Shown here piece after piece: positions 39,486-52,241 of a stretch of DNA of 64,000 nucleotides. This stretch comes from Neodothiora populina (Eukaryota). The position numbers were made by a program, and so were the translations under genes. How positions within the stretch are numbered: the stretch's first letter is position 1; every line of letters begins with the position of its first letter. Below the pieces are notes generated by a model, which had not been told where the DNA came from, ran no database searches, and saw only the letters and a program-made list of their open reading frames with translations. The stretch is from NCBI RefSeq assembly GCF_041146345.1, contig NW_027191413.1, positions 1-64,000 of the forward strand. The letters run 5' to 3'.

Positions 39486-40321
39486 GATGATTATCCGTTA
39501 ATGGTGGAACACGACCTCATGCTGACAATCCGACTGACTTTATAGTCATTACAGTACTTCAATCGCTTAATTTGCTACCATGATTAAGAAGCATATTCGG
39601 CACAAAAGGTCTTGGTACGGTTGACCTAAGACTTTGTTGCATGCTATTTGTCTTGGCTGACATGAGGTAACAGTGAAGGACGTTTTAACGATATGCCAAA
39701 ACTATGTTGTGACCATAGGCTATTATAATTGTGGTCGCCAAGTCACAACCGGCGAGTTGCAGATCGCTCGTATCTATAGTGCGGACTTTGGAAGCAGCCG
39801 CATCTGGAGAAAGGATAATCTGATTATCATGGGTATATACTGCATGGACATCGAGATTGAATGAGCAGACTGTGATCATGCATTTCATTTACGTCGCAGA
39901 AGTGGTCATGTGCTGTCAGGATAGTGTGAATATGTGATGACAAGCTTGGTCACACATACTACAAAATGCTCTCGTGTAGATGCACGACTGTCTTGGTAAA
40001 CCTGTCTTGAACACAGGCAATGTTACCCATAATGCATTTCTAAGAATGAACAAGATAATTTTCTCTCGCGTCTGTCATGTCTAAGTCAGTCGAGTAAGTG
40101 AGCACAAGTCGGCCATCGTAGGTCTTTGCGGAGGCGGAAGTGGAGCCCCGTCATGATCGGCCAAAGATCGACGTAGTCTTTACCCGTTACTATATCTCTG
40201 CATTTACCCGTGAACTCCACCAAAGATGAGCTCACATAAATTTGTTAAAAGACAACTGATCAAACCATTTTGGCAACTTGCAATTCCAGTGATATCCCAG
40301 ACGCGACTCCAGTCGAGAAGA

Positions 40322-41445
40322 ATGCGAGTATCTTCATGTTCAACTGTGTTGACGGGTGGTGTCGTTGCATACCTTTTCGCCACATCTTATGCGGTACCAT
40401 TGCAAGTCAGAGATGCCTCATCTTATGTGGGCTATCTGATATCTACCTTCACCGATGACAGCCCGGCTGTTCAGTTCCATCTCTCGAATGGGAACGACCC
40501 AGGGACGTTTTCTTTTCTCAACCGACGACAACCTATCTTGACATCTACTGTCGGGACGAGAGGCGTACGAGACATCTTTCTCGCCCACGATTCTGCGAAA
40601 CAGAATTACTACATGATTGCAACTGGTAACACTCGCGCAGAAGCGCTGGTCCAGTCATGAACTGACATAGAGGCAGATCTTGATATCAATGCTCCCGGCT
40701 TCAGCTGAGATGCGGCAACTAGAGCGGGAAGTCGAGGGATTGTCGTTTGGAAATCCACAGATCTATTTAACTGGACCGAGTCTCGCCTCAGCACGTAAGC
40801 GCCTTCCTGCTTTCTTTATTTTTATTACGTGCTGATCTGGGCCATGATAGAATCGATAGCGCCACTGCAGGAATGGTCTGGGCGCCCTCGGCGGTCTGGG
40901 ATGATGCAACTGCACAATTTTATGTCTTCTGGTCAGCACGGCATTATGACGAGTCAGATACTATTCATACAGGTACAGCAACACTGGACCGCATCCATGT
41001 TACAACCACGCAAGACTTCGAGACGTTCGGTGCCCCTAGCGATTATCTGGCGCTCGAGGATACACCATTGATCGACCAAGAATTCCAATATCTTGGTGAG
41101 GAGGGCCGCTGGGTTAGATTTCTCAAGAACGAAACTGTGAACCAGATCTACCAAGAAACTACCACGGAAGGCCTGTTCGGATCTTGGACGAGGCTTCCAG
41201 GGTATGTTCGCCCCGAAAGTCCGCGTGAAGGACCAGCTTCGTTCGCTGATAACGTAACGCCTGGACTTTACCATCTTCTCCTTGATGACTATACGCAATA
41301 TGTTGCACATCAGACAAGCGACATATACAGTAGTAGTTGGATCCCATCGAAATACCCCAATCTCCCTCAAGGGCTGAAGCACGGCTCAGTAACTCCAGTC
41401 ACCCAGGACGAATACGATGGTCTCGCCGCTGCATACCCTGTATAG
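40322..41445 (+). pseudogene. Secreted GH43 glycosidase (arabinosidase-like) with premature TGA
   Basis: [38 protein letters not shown] and KHGSV. An in-frame TGA at 40706-40708 falls in exon 2 (PGFS*DAATRAGSRG). Confidence 0.75.
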
Positions 41446-41719
41446 TATAGTCACGATGATTAGATTGACGTATATTTGGGGACGACTCTATGCACGGATG
41501 TCTCCACTCTTCATGGATTGATAGGTTTTAGGAGTGGAAGGATGATATCGTGGACGCATTTAGTAAATCATTTCGGTCCTATTGGCACGGTTAAGCTTCG
41601 GCTACCCGAGACTTGCATCCTTCGAGGGGTAAATGAAGCAACATTTTACCCGATCCAGCTATATCATACAGATGAACCAGCCCAGATACATAGACTATCC
41701 TAAGATCGAGGCCTGAATA

Positions 41720-42742
41720 ATGACATGCAACATCAAACGTGTCGCTGTTTTTGGTGTAAGTAGCATTGCGATTTCATGAACATAATGGCATTCGGCTGAC
41801 CTCTCCACTGGCATCGGGAAACTTCGGATCCCCTATCACCGCAGCACTCATCAGACACGATTTCGTGGTCACCATATTTTCGCGATTTGACTCCGCGACT
41901 ATACACCCCGACGGCGTTTCAGTTGTCCGAACCTCTTATGGTCTTGAGGAACTCACACGTGCACTGGAAGGACAAGATGCTGTGATATGTGTTGTTGGGC
42001 CTGGCGGCATCAGCCGACATGGTGTGATGGTTGATGCTGCTGCTGCCGCAGGTGTGCAGCGTTTCATCCTGGACGATTTTGGCTGGGGACCGGACATGCA
42101 TGGACTGCCGGAATTCAGCGAAGTACATGCACAACGTTCCGCGGCTTGGGCCCATGCCAAGGAAAAGTCCGAAGAAAATCATCAGTTCACATTCACTGGT
42201 ATATCAAGTGGCAACCCTATTGACTGGGTAAGACAACTACTCTCTTCTAGATGACACCTCTCACTCGGTCGCTGATATATGCTTCATAGGCACTGAAGAA
42301 GTTTCCACTCATGGGCTTCGGCGTCGCCACGTGCTCGGCTATAATCTATGATGATGGGACAGAGCAATTTACCGGCACAACATTGGCCGGAATCGGACAA
42401 GCTGTAGTTGGTGTACTCAATAATCCAGAGCATACTGCGAACCGTTTTGTCAAAGTCCGATCGATCCAGACGTGTCAGAACGAGCTGCTCAATGCTTTCC
42501 AAATTGCTACTGGACGTCGATGGACTATTCAGTATTCTACGACAAAGAATCTATTGGAAAGTGGGAGGGATAAGCTGCACCACGGCGACCGAGGCTGGGT
42601 ATTGGAATTAGCGGTTGCCCAACTGTTCGACGCAGGGAAGGCGCGTTGTGTGGTCGCTCCGTCTCGAGAAGAGTCAGATGCAGACCTTTTAGGTATAGTA
42701 GAGGAAACAGCCCAAGATGTGGTCTCCAGAATTCTGGGTTAG
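41720..42742 (+). CDS. NmrA/isoflavone-reductase-like NAD(P)-binding protein; first intron acceptor appears mutated (possible pseudogene)
   Basis: RVAVFG|ASGNFG Rossmann motif, GQDAVI, AGVQRFILDDFG and GNPIDW. Intron 1 ends in ..CACTG rather than ..CAG at 41810. Confidence 0.7.
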
Positions 42743-43391
42743 GGAACGTAGCAAATGGAACGGGGAGCTGTTATTCGTGTAGATGCGATACATGTATGTA
42801 TCCACAAACACTTATCATCTTGCTATAAAATTGTTCGCTTGGATAGAACCATCAGAAACCGCTATGGAGTGCAGAAGCAAGCATCGGAGGACTTGCGCCA
42901 CTTCCAATCGTGACCCAAGGTGAGAGGTCGAAGCGATCAACAAAAGCAGTGTACGGCTTATCGTAACCTTGATCATAGTTATGAGCGTTTTCCTACTATC
43001 GCAGTGGAGACTATAGTACCGAGAAGTATAGCGATTATGATAGCCTCGAGTCACGAGTTTGGTGCTCTAATACAGACCCTCGTAGATTGTTCCAGAGAGG
43101 AGAAGGAACAAGTACTGATGCTGAAGACACCTCAGGTTGGAGATGATCGCAAGCATAATGCTCCTGCCAAGGATCGAGCAACTACACGGACAACACTACG
43201 TTCACCTCATAACAGCGATATGGATGTTCGTTGTGATGCCGCAAGTAGCACCAATGATGTTTTCGTGCATTCTGCCTGATACTCATTCATCAGTCATATT
43301 CCCATTCCCATGCGCTACTCTAGGCGCATTTTCATCAAGCAAAGACCGTGGGTCTTCGAATTCGACCCACCCGAGCATAGGCTACAGAATG

Positions 43392-43870
43392 TCAGCTGTT
43401 GTCTTGGATGTAATAATCCATGTACGAACTTTCGCTTATGCTATATCCTATGAGCTTCTGTATCCGCACTGGTAATTGCTTCGCTCGGCCTACGGGGAGA
43501 TTCCCCTCTTGGCGAAGCCATCCACGTGTCATAAAACAACTGAACAGCAGACGCGCTTCATTCGCTCTAGTGGTCTTCGTGCTAGCGACGAAGAATCCGA
43601 CACCGAATTCTCTTGAATTAGTCTGCTCGGGGTGAACGTCCACCCGTGGCCTGTCCGCGTAATGTATGTCATCATCTCTGTGCAGAGGCTGATCATAGCT
43701 ATCCCCTAGTCGAACGGACAATGCGATGGTGTCATTCACTTGAGGTGGGGAGACATTGACTTCGGATCTATCTCCGTACCACTTGTAAGCTTTGGTAGTC
43801 AGGAACTGCTTGCAAACATTCTGATAGAGGTGGATTTCTATCAACTCATTGGCTGCAGGGTAGTGTGGAT
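43392..43870 (-). pseudogene. PhyH/phytanoyl-CoA dioxygenase-family (Fe/2OG) remnant
   Basis: QPLHRDD iron motif. TKTTRAN is fused directly to RLLFSCFMTRGWLRQE, implying an internal deletion; the N terminus is missing. Confidence 0.6.
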
Positions 43871-43940
43871 GAGGTTTGCGATCTCTTCGGGTCGCTGGGG
43901 GCAGGAGATGAACCTCGAAAGGTAAATCTCACTGGCTGCA

Positions 43941-45503
43941 ATGACATCTCGAAGCAGAAATCCATATTACTTGACTTTTCTTTCGCAAGACTTTGCAAAT
44001 GCGGACGCTAGTGACTACCACATCACATTCATCGATGATTATACTACACTTACAAGACTACTTGCGCAGAAGTTTGGGAGGGGATTCTCGTCAGACGTAT
44101 TCCACTATAAGGATGCACCATTTGTGAAAAGGAAACACGAGGGCATCCCTAGAGCACTAGACCAGCTTGAACAATCACTGCTACAGCAGCAGGGTGCGCT
44201 AGTCCTACCAAGTCCTTCGATTTCTGATGCATTCATCACGGCTTTCTTCGACCGTGTTCTCCCAGCTATGCCAATCATCGACAGGTCAACATTCATGAAA
44301 AGGCTATACGGGACCTAACCCGCCGTCCTTACATTTGATTCAGAGCATCCTGCTCTCTGGGTCTACGGTCTACGAATATCCAACGATACAGCTGCCCGCC
44401 GAGGAAGTCTCGCGGAGGCTCTATACACGTGCGAAGGCCTTAGTCGACTTGCGAGCGGAACAAGACAGGTTGATTTTGATTCAGGCCCATCTCTTGTTCA
44501 GCTCGTTCACTGCCGATAGCTGTGATGATACCATACATAATATGTGGCTGTCTCTTGGTACCGCAGTACGCATCGCACAAGGTCTGGGTCTACACAGGGA
44601 CCTTGGGCGAGCAAAGGTCAACGATATGGTTCGACGTCAATGGAGGAGGACTTGGTGGACACTATTCATTCATGACACTATATGCTCATTCGAGTGGGGC
44701 CGTCCCCGAGCAATTCATTTCGCGGACTCAGACGTTCCCCTTCCTACCGGAGCTGACTTCAAACCTGAGGAGCCTGGCGCATTGTCTTCCCCAGAGCACA
44801 TACACTTCTTTCTATCACTTTGCGAGCTATGTTTGATAATAGTTCAATGGCTCGAATTGTTATGGCCCGGAAGGAACAGGTGGAATGCAGATTCGCCTTC
44901 ACCTCAATCAGACCGAGTCGTGGTTGTTCACCAGATGCTCGACCGATGGCATGATCATTTGCCAGCAATACTACGCCCAACACGACGAGACTCTGGCTAT
45001 ACATTATGGTCGGGTACATTGCACATAGCCTATCATGCTGTGTGTTTGCGTGTTCATGGGTCAAATGCCGATGCTAATTTAACGCGAAATGCAGCGTCAA
45101 GTATCCCCTGTATCGCCCGCGACCTGTCAAACTCGGACTTGCTGGGATTTCTTTGGGGATTTGGGATCCATCAGCTTGACCTAGCGATGAGTCAACACGC
45201 CCGCGATGTAATGACGAAGACCCAAACGTAGCACAGACTGCTTGGAGTCTTCCAGCTGAAGGCATTCCCATGATGTGAAGCTTGTGTAGACGAAGTTCAA
45301 CTGCTGCGCAAGGCCTGGCCTTCTACGAAACCTTGCTTGCAAACAACAAGGTGGATAATAGGCCACGTAGTCAACAGGTTGCACAGACCACAGACGATAT
45401 ATCCGCGTACATATCTTTATACAGTCGCGGGGGAGATCTTGCACTCATGGGCCTCTTGGATTGGAGTGATCAATGGCCGAATGAGATTGGTGGAGCTAGC
45501 TAA
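43941..45503 (+). pseudogene. Fungal-specific transcription factor domain gene with frameshifts and stops
   Basis: FFDRVLPAMPIIDR, AVRIAQGLGLHRD and RRTWWTLFIHD..GRP. There is a stop plus frameshift at ~44316 with no GT-AG intron, further breaks at 45229-45280, and no Zn cluster upstream. Confidence 0.7.
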
Positions 45504-45522
45504 TCGTCTAACCTTCGCATAA

Positions 45523-47113
45523 TTAAACCTTCGTGGGGACCGATATGTCTTGCGCCTGCTCCAATCTTGGCGGGGATATGCCTGCTACAATCGCCTCTTC
45601 CTCTACCTTATGGGGTGTGATGACATTTTCTTCGCTGAAGTAGTTGGTCTCTTTGACGAAGAACCATATCACGCTCAGAAGTGAGATCAAACACAGGCAA
45701 TAAAGGCAGAGTTGAGCGATGGTTTGGCTCTGGTAAGACACGTCTTGAGAATCCATAAGAAACGAGATGCACATTCCGAGACTGACTGTGCCTTTGAAGG
45801 CACCTGCATACCTTGCACAGAGCAGGGGTTCATTAGTGAGCGAACTCAAACACCATTGCACACAAATTTGAAAGCTCGCGTAGATGATGCCGAAAAGTAG
45901 GTAGAGGATGAACGCGGAAGCAAAGCGTGGATCGGTCCAATCTATTCCTGGTGGGGGCTGGCTTGCATCAATTCCGTTATTGATGATCCAACCGAGAAGG
46001 CCTGCAGTAGCTCCAACAGTGATCAAGCCCATAATCCTGGAGCCCAGGAAGCCTTTCATACGCCGGCTAGACAGTCGCTTGTTGTCAATAATCCAAGCAA
46101 GAGCCATTGGTGTAGGGATCATGATGACTTGAAACAGAAGGTTGTTCAACGATCTGGTCCTGAGATTAAAGTAGAAACCTAACAAGTCAGTACTTAAAGT
46201 CGCATTTGAAGAGTTGTTGTTAATAGCAACCTACCATTCACACTGCTGATGAGAGCCAAGCACATCTCAGCCACGAACATGGCAGGAAGAAGGAAGATGA
46301 CCCTCTTGTCGGCCAACACATGCAAAATGCCGACTATTTCCTCTTTTATGCTCGGCTGGTGGAATATCGCCAAGTGGGTACCTTCATCTCTGACAACATC
46401 TGCTGGATCCACGATACAGAGAGCCGCAATCATCATAGCACTAGCATAGTCAGTATAGTCCGAAGATTTTGATAATTCAGCTTACCATCCCATGATGCAT
46501 AGGAAAACAACCCATACCGCCGTCGACACACCGACGACATTGGCTTTGTCATAATTGGCTCCGAATGCGATAGATGCACCAATAGTACTACCAGCAGCAG
46601 TGAGCACCCATTGCCATGTGATGAACCATACGACGTGTTAGTGAGGCGATCTCCCCCAAAACGGCTGTGACAGACTCATACCATTGCTTTTTAGGATTCT
46701 TCTGCGTAAGCGAATCTTATAAACCCGGACGAAGTCCACAGACGTGCGGCACAGAAGCCTAGGACAAACCCTGCTGTAAGAGTGAACCATTCATGTCCAG
46801 TTTTGTCGTAGTACCACAGAGCGCCTGCATACAACGGATAGCCAAATCCCCCAACCAGTATCGTTTTCTTCGGCTTCATGATATTCAAGATGGAGCCTGC
46901 GAGCCAGCCGAACAAGGTATAGGGCCCGTACAGAATAACGTTTGTCGAAGACGCGACATGTTGCGAGGAGGGCTTGCCACCCCCTGCACCCAAAGCAGTC
47001 AAGGCAAGGTAGATACCAGGTAGACAGAAAAGAATGCAGCCCATGATGAAGTTCTGATTGAACGATCTGTTCAGCCTGAACTCGCTGTTCGGATCATGTA
47101 AAAATTCAAACAT
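45523..47113 (-). pseudogene. UNC-93-like MFS transporter (paralog of 10052-11857) with in-frame TAA
   Basis: QNFIMGCILFCLPGIYLALTALGAGGG, FNLRTRSLN and ARYAGAFKG. FAYAEES*KAM has a stop at 46691-46693, just before the intron donor. Confidence 0.72.
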
Positions 47114-47659
47114 CCTGAGGCCGGTTCGTAATTGTCAATCTCGATCATATACTCAATGCTATCGCCGGATTGAGTAGCACCATGCCGAACTAGATATATC
47201 TCCATCACGGTGTTTGATAAGTGCTGATTGTCTTCCCAGCTGGGCTGAGTCAAAGGCCAAGCATGATAGGACATACACCGGCAGTTGGACGGCATGGTAC
47301 TCGTATGTCATAGGCTGATCTTTTAGGTCCAAGTATAAACTCGTCTTGTCCATATGGTCCGGACCGCCTCTGGTGTGGAACCGGACCTGGAGCGGCATCA
47401 AAACGGGAACCCGCTCGACGGATTCGCCCCACTTTTCTGGTATCTCGAATTACCGTTGTCGTCTCCGCCTCATGCTTCTTAAGCGAGGGATTGAGATTGG
47501 TAAATTGGTCCCGTTCGGGGTTATCTCAAAGATAAGCTCGTGCGACAGCCAAGTAATGGCGGAACATACGACCATTTCAGCGCTAAAGGTATAAGTACAA
47601 TTTCCCTTTACCAAGTTGCTATCAGGCCAGTCTTTTATATCTATAGACATCCTAAAGAC

Positions 47660-49355
47660 ATGGCAATCACTTCATGGCAGGAGAAAGCGCAAGAAGCGCG
47701 TGATTACCGCGATGCCTCACTTGCGAAAGTGAAGCCACCAATTGGACCACTTCCGTTGTCGTTACCGGTGAATTCACTGGAACTGCCGAAACAGCATTTG
47801 ACTCCTCGAGAATATGAGCTCACCCAGGAGTATGACGCTATACAACTGTTGGCAATGCTCAAGGAGAAGGAAGTCACTTCAGAAGAGTTGACCAGAGCTT
47901 TCCTTCGCAGAGCAGCCCTAGCACAAGCAGCAGTGAGTAGGGTTTCAATCGATGAGGCATCTCACTAACTTGTACAGGTCAATTGTGTGACGGAGCTCAT
48001 GTGGGACGATGCCATCGAGCGTGCGAAGTTTCTTGATGCTCAGGCTGAGCCAGTTGGACCTCTACATGGTTTACCGTTTTCCGTCAAACAACAGCACGGG
48101 ATGAGAGGCAAGCCATGCCATGCCTCCTACGTCGCATGGATTGGTGAACCCAGTACGATCAATCCTATCAACGATATACTTTGGGATGCTGGGTGTGTAT
48201 TTTATGTCCGAACCACAGAGCCCCAGTCTACCATGCATCTCGAGTGCAATAATAATATCACCGGTCGAACTGTAAATCCGTACAATCGCAACTTGACTCC
48301 CGGAGGCTCTACTGGTGGTGAGGGCGCTCTACTCGGATATGGGGCTAGTGTCTTCGGCATGGGTGGAGATATCGGAGGCAGCGTTCGAGGTCCAGCTTCA
48401 AACAATGGAGTCTACGGCTTCAAGCCGACCTCCAAGAGACTTCCCTTGAGGGGCATGAAGTGTGCAATGATTGGAAACGAAACTGTCATGCCCACCTTTG
48501 GACCTCTCACTCGGCGTCGCGAAACGATCAACCTGTTCATGGACGTTGTGCTCACAGCCGAGCCGTGGCGGCTCGATCCTGGACTCTTCTCTAAATCCTG
48601 GACACCAGTGTCATTGGAAAAACCGCTCAAGGTTGCGATTCAATGGGACGACGGTGTGGTGAAGTCGCATCCTCCAATGCTGAGAGCCCTAAGAGAGGTA
48701 GCTCAGGCGTGCCGGAACGCGGGGATGGAAGTCGTCGACTGGGTGTCCTATGAGCATGAGAAAGCTTGGGATATCCTTTCGCGTCTATACTTTCCTGATG
48801 GTGGGCTTGATACAATCGAGGTGATTGAGAAGAGCGGCGAGCCATTGGTGCCATTGACGGAGTGGATCATCAACCAGCCTGGAGTACGAAAACTGGATAT
48901 TCGCAAGCTGTGGGCTGTAAGTAATCTTCGAGTCTGGTCGCGATGATTGTTGTGCTGATATCTTGCTTAGCTTTGTGGAGAACGTGATGCTTACCGAGCT
49001 GCTCATGCAGCGCACTGGTCTGACACAGCAGATGCCGATAGACATGAGGTAGACGTTATCCTCTGCCCTGCAGTGCCGGGCGCGGCTCCGCCTCACGAAT
49101 GTGCCCGTTGCTGGGATTACACGGCACAATGGAACCTGTTGGACTATCCTGCCGTGGTCTTCCCAGTAACCTACGTCGATGCTCAAAAGGATCCGGCAAA
49201 TGCGGAGTACACTCCGCTTAACAGTCAGGATAAATTCAACCATGAGTTATATGATCCAAACTTATACGGAGGTGCGCCTGTCTGTCTCCAAGTAGTTTGA
49301 TGAGAAGGTCATGGCTGCGCTCTCGCAGATCGAAAAGGCAATGGGAAGACCTTGA
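47660..49355 (+). CDS. Amidase-signature enzyme (acetamidase/FAAH-like); C-terminal frameshift
   Basis: GPLHGLPFSVK, GGSTGGEG, GDIGGSVRGP and WNLLDYPA. The frame stops at 49300 (LQVV*), while the expected tail FDEKVMAALSQIEKAM continues in another frame to 49355. Confidence 0.82.
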
Positions 49356-49543
49356 TCCGTTCACGGGTGGTTGCAAAGTCTGTGATGTCCGTTTCATTGA
49401 ACAGCCTGTCTCTTCGAAGATATTTTACATGTAGATAGGGCAATATATGATCAGAGAGTCGCATGTGGCGCTCCTCGCAATGCCACAATCTACGTGATCC
49501 TGTCGTGTGGCTCGAGTATTGTTCAGTAGGAACGTGGCAACAT

Positions 49544-51322
49544 TCAGAGGCGTTCCACGTGTTCTTGGTCCATTTTCCCTCCTCCCACTTCGACTTTCGT
49601 CGCGTCAGCGTGACCTAATTCAGTTACATGCAAGTCCCGTTTGCGTTTTGATTCTGCAGCTGCGCGACCGACGACGGACCACTGTAATTTGCGATGAAAT
49701 GGCTGCTTCTCCTGTTTTGCCAGAGCGGAGGATGTGAAGAGTAAATCCACAGACTCCAACGGTAGGTTCGCAGTCTCCGGATAGAACAACCAGACTATGG
49801 CTGCGTTTATGAAATTCAAGGCAGCCCAGATGAAATAGAAACCAAAACCAAGGTTGGCTACACCGACAGGCGTCACCTCGACGACGAGAAAATTACCAAG
49901 AAAATCTGCTGCAGCGGCAAGGGCAGCTCCTTTCGCACGTATAGACAATGGTAGGATCTCGGCAGGATATACCCAGACGGTGGCCATCCACTACGGAGCG
50001 TTAGTTTAGTTGTCCCGCGACTGGAGGGGACGATTGAACTTACGCCCCATGTAAAGCATGCTTCAAAGGCAAACACGAAGAACACTGCTCCTATGCCAGC
50101 ACTTTTGTTGCTGATAGCTACACACACAGCTTCAGCGATTAGCACCGCACACATACCGAGCGCCATGGATATGAACAGCTTTCGGCGACCCTATCAGAGT
50201 GTCAGCACTTATGTTATTACTGATGCAAAAAAGCCTTACGATGCGGTCGATTGTAAACCACGTTACAAAGGATGCTACGAAATACCAGACTTGCAAGAGC
50301 AATCCCATGAGCAGAGACATACGTCCTGACATCCCTAAGCTGCTTTGAAAGATTGTCGGGGCGTAGTACGTCACAATGTTGATGCCAGAGAGCTGTTGCA
50401 TAACTGTCTCGGTAAGCGACAGTATAGATCTTAAGCACGGGGAGACATACATTGGATGCCCAGAGCAAGATAAAATCGCTTATTGGTTTGCAGACCACCA
50501 TCTCGAAAAAGATCCATCCAAGAACCCTCCACTCGACTCTCCAGTTCGATGGCTTCAATGATATCATCGGCTTCTTTACGAACCGTGAGATCATCTATTG
50601 TCTTGTTACGTAGATTTGCCAAGACAAGTAATCCCCTCTCGGACGAGTCATCGTGTCGTAGGAGCCATCTCGGAGAGTCCGGGAGGAAAGGCGTCAGGCA
50701 TAGAATATACGCTGCAAAGACCAGTTGGAATAGTAACGGGAAGCGCCATTGGATGCTATCATGTGTGAAGTAGAAGCCGTAATTGATGATATAAGCTAGC
50801 ATAAGGCCGAAGAGCATAGTGGACAGTTGCGCACAAACCTGCCAACCGCGCTGGGCGGCAGGAGAGATTTCGCTTTGGTAGACAGGAGTGACGCTTGTGA
50901 TGAATCCTGTTCTCGTTAGTCGTTTATGAAAAGACTTGGAGGCTGGAATTACCGATGCCGATGCCCGTAATCACACGCGCAACCATGAATTGGATGCGCT
51001 CGAACGAAGCTCCCATGATTATAGTGCCAACAGCGAGGATGGCGGAACCAAGGATTAGAGTGCGTTTACGTCCGAGCGACTCTCCAAATACCGCTGCTGC
51101 AATAGCACCGAAGACAGCCCCCACATCGTAAAGTGAGGTTATAGTGCCTGTCATGAGAGCTGAGGGATAGTCCATCTCATCAAGCCAGTATTTGGACACT
51201 ACTACACCACCCATGACACCTTGATCATAACCGAACAACAGGAACCCGGCGGCGCAGACACTAGTGATTGCGGTCATCAGGGCCGGCCCACGTAGGGCAG
51301 ACAGTCCAGATTTCGCAGGCAT
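49544..51322 (-). CDS. MFS sugar porter (STL1-like)
   Basis: LFGYDQG, GRKR, PVYQSE, QWRFPL, PDSPRWL, QQLSGIN, YPAEI and YPET; several introns. Confidence 0.9.
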
Positions 51323-52241
51323 ATCAATCAGTCTGATGTGGTAATAAGCTAAGAGGAGTGGAATGGCCGAGAGGAAAGAGGCCTTGACGAGTCTACAATC
51401 GTCCTCCTTCTTATCATCATTCGCAAACCAGTATAATGTAGATCGTGGGTTACTCTCGCCCTGGATCTGTCATTAAGGCTTGTTGATGCTTGTTCATCTA
51501 TAATGGCGGGACACGTCCCAGGGGTACAGCGGGGTCTCCAGCTTCTCCATATGGGGAAGATCTTCAAATGTGGAGACGGCCGGTACAAGTTTGGCCCGAA
51601 AAGAGAGACTCATTGGCCAACGACAGAGTCGGCCGTGGCCGTTTGATCCAGGAGTCGGCATTAGGTGTACTGTCTAGGTATAGTGTTCAGTTTCGTGTTT
51701 TGTGGAATATGTTCCCAAGCTATTCCCACAATCTGGGTGTGGATGAGCTCTTATTTCCGTCAATGCGGGCCATACTTGTAAATAAATTCGGATGTCCGGC
51801 TCACTTCGCAGAAGCTTCAAGCAAAACGTAGATGCCAGACACAGTGACGAAAGTGAAGAACAGACCGACACTGATTCTATGTGTTATGTTAGTCGATGTC
51901 TATCTCGTGGCGGTATGTTGCAACTCCTGTCGGGGATTTGATTGTGCCTCACTGTGATGGATCAGGTCATATTCGAATACACAGCTAGAGCGCTTACACA
52001 ACAAGAAGGCAGGCATGAGTTTGGAAAGAACGTCTCTTGCTGAGAATCTCCATCTAATTTAAGCGGGTCGCGTGGTCATTACTTGAGTTGAATGGAACTT
52101 GTCCGCGAATTCGCGTTGACTCATGTCACGCACCAGTGTTGATGCCGCCTAGTGACCGGATCTTGCCTGCACGACTTTTAACGTCGTTTACGACAGACGT
52201 CCCTTGGAGACGGCAAAACTCTGCAGTCGTGAACCCCTAGT

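Noticed and set aside
38279..41445. Alternative genetic code (TGA=Trp) explaining the GH43 stops
   Set aside because: Other genes in the window terminate with TGA (e.g. 13990, 31114, 34689) and use TGG for Trp.
42800..43330. Possible sugar-transporter fragment (..EYQAECT..) on the minus strand
   Set aside because: Only one weak motif; insufficient evidence.
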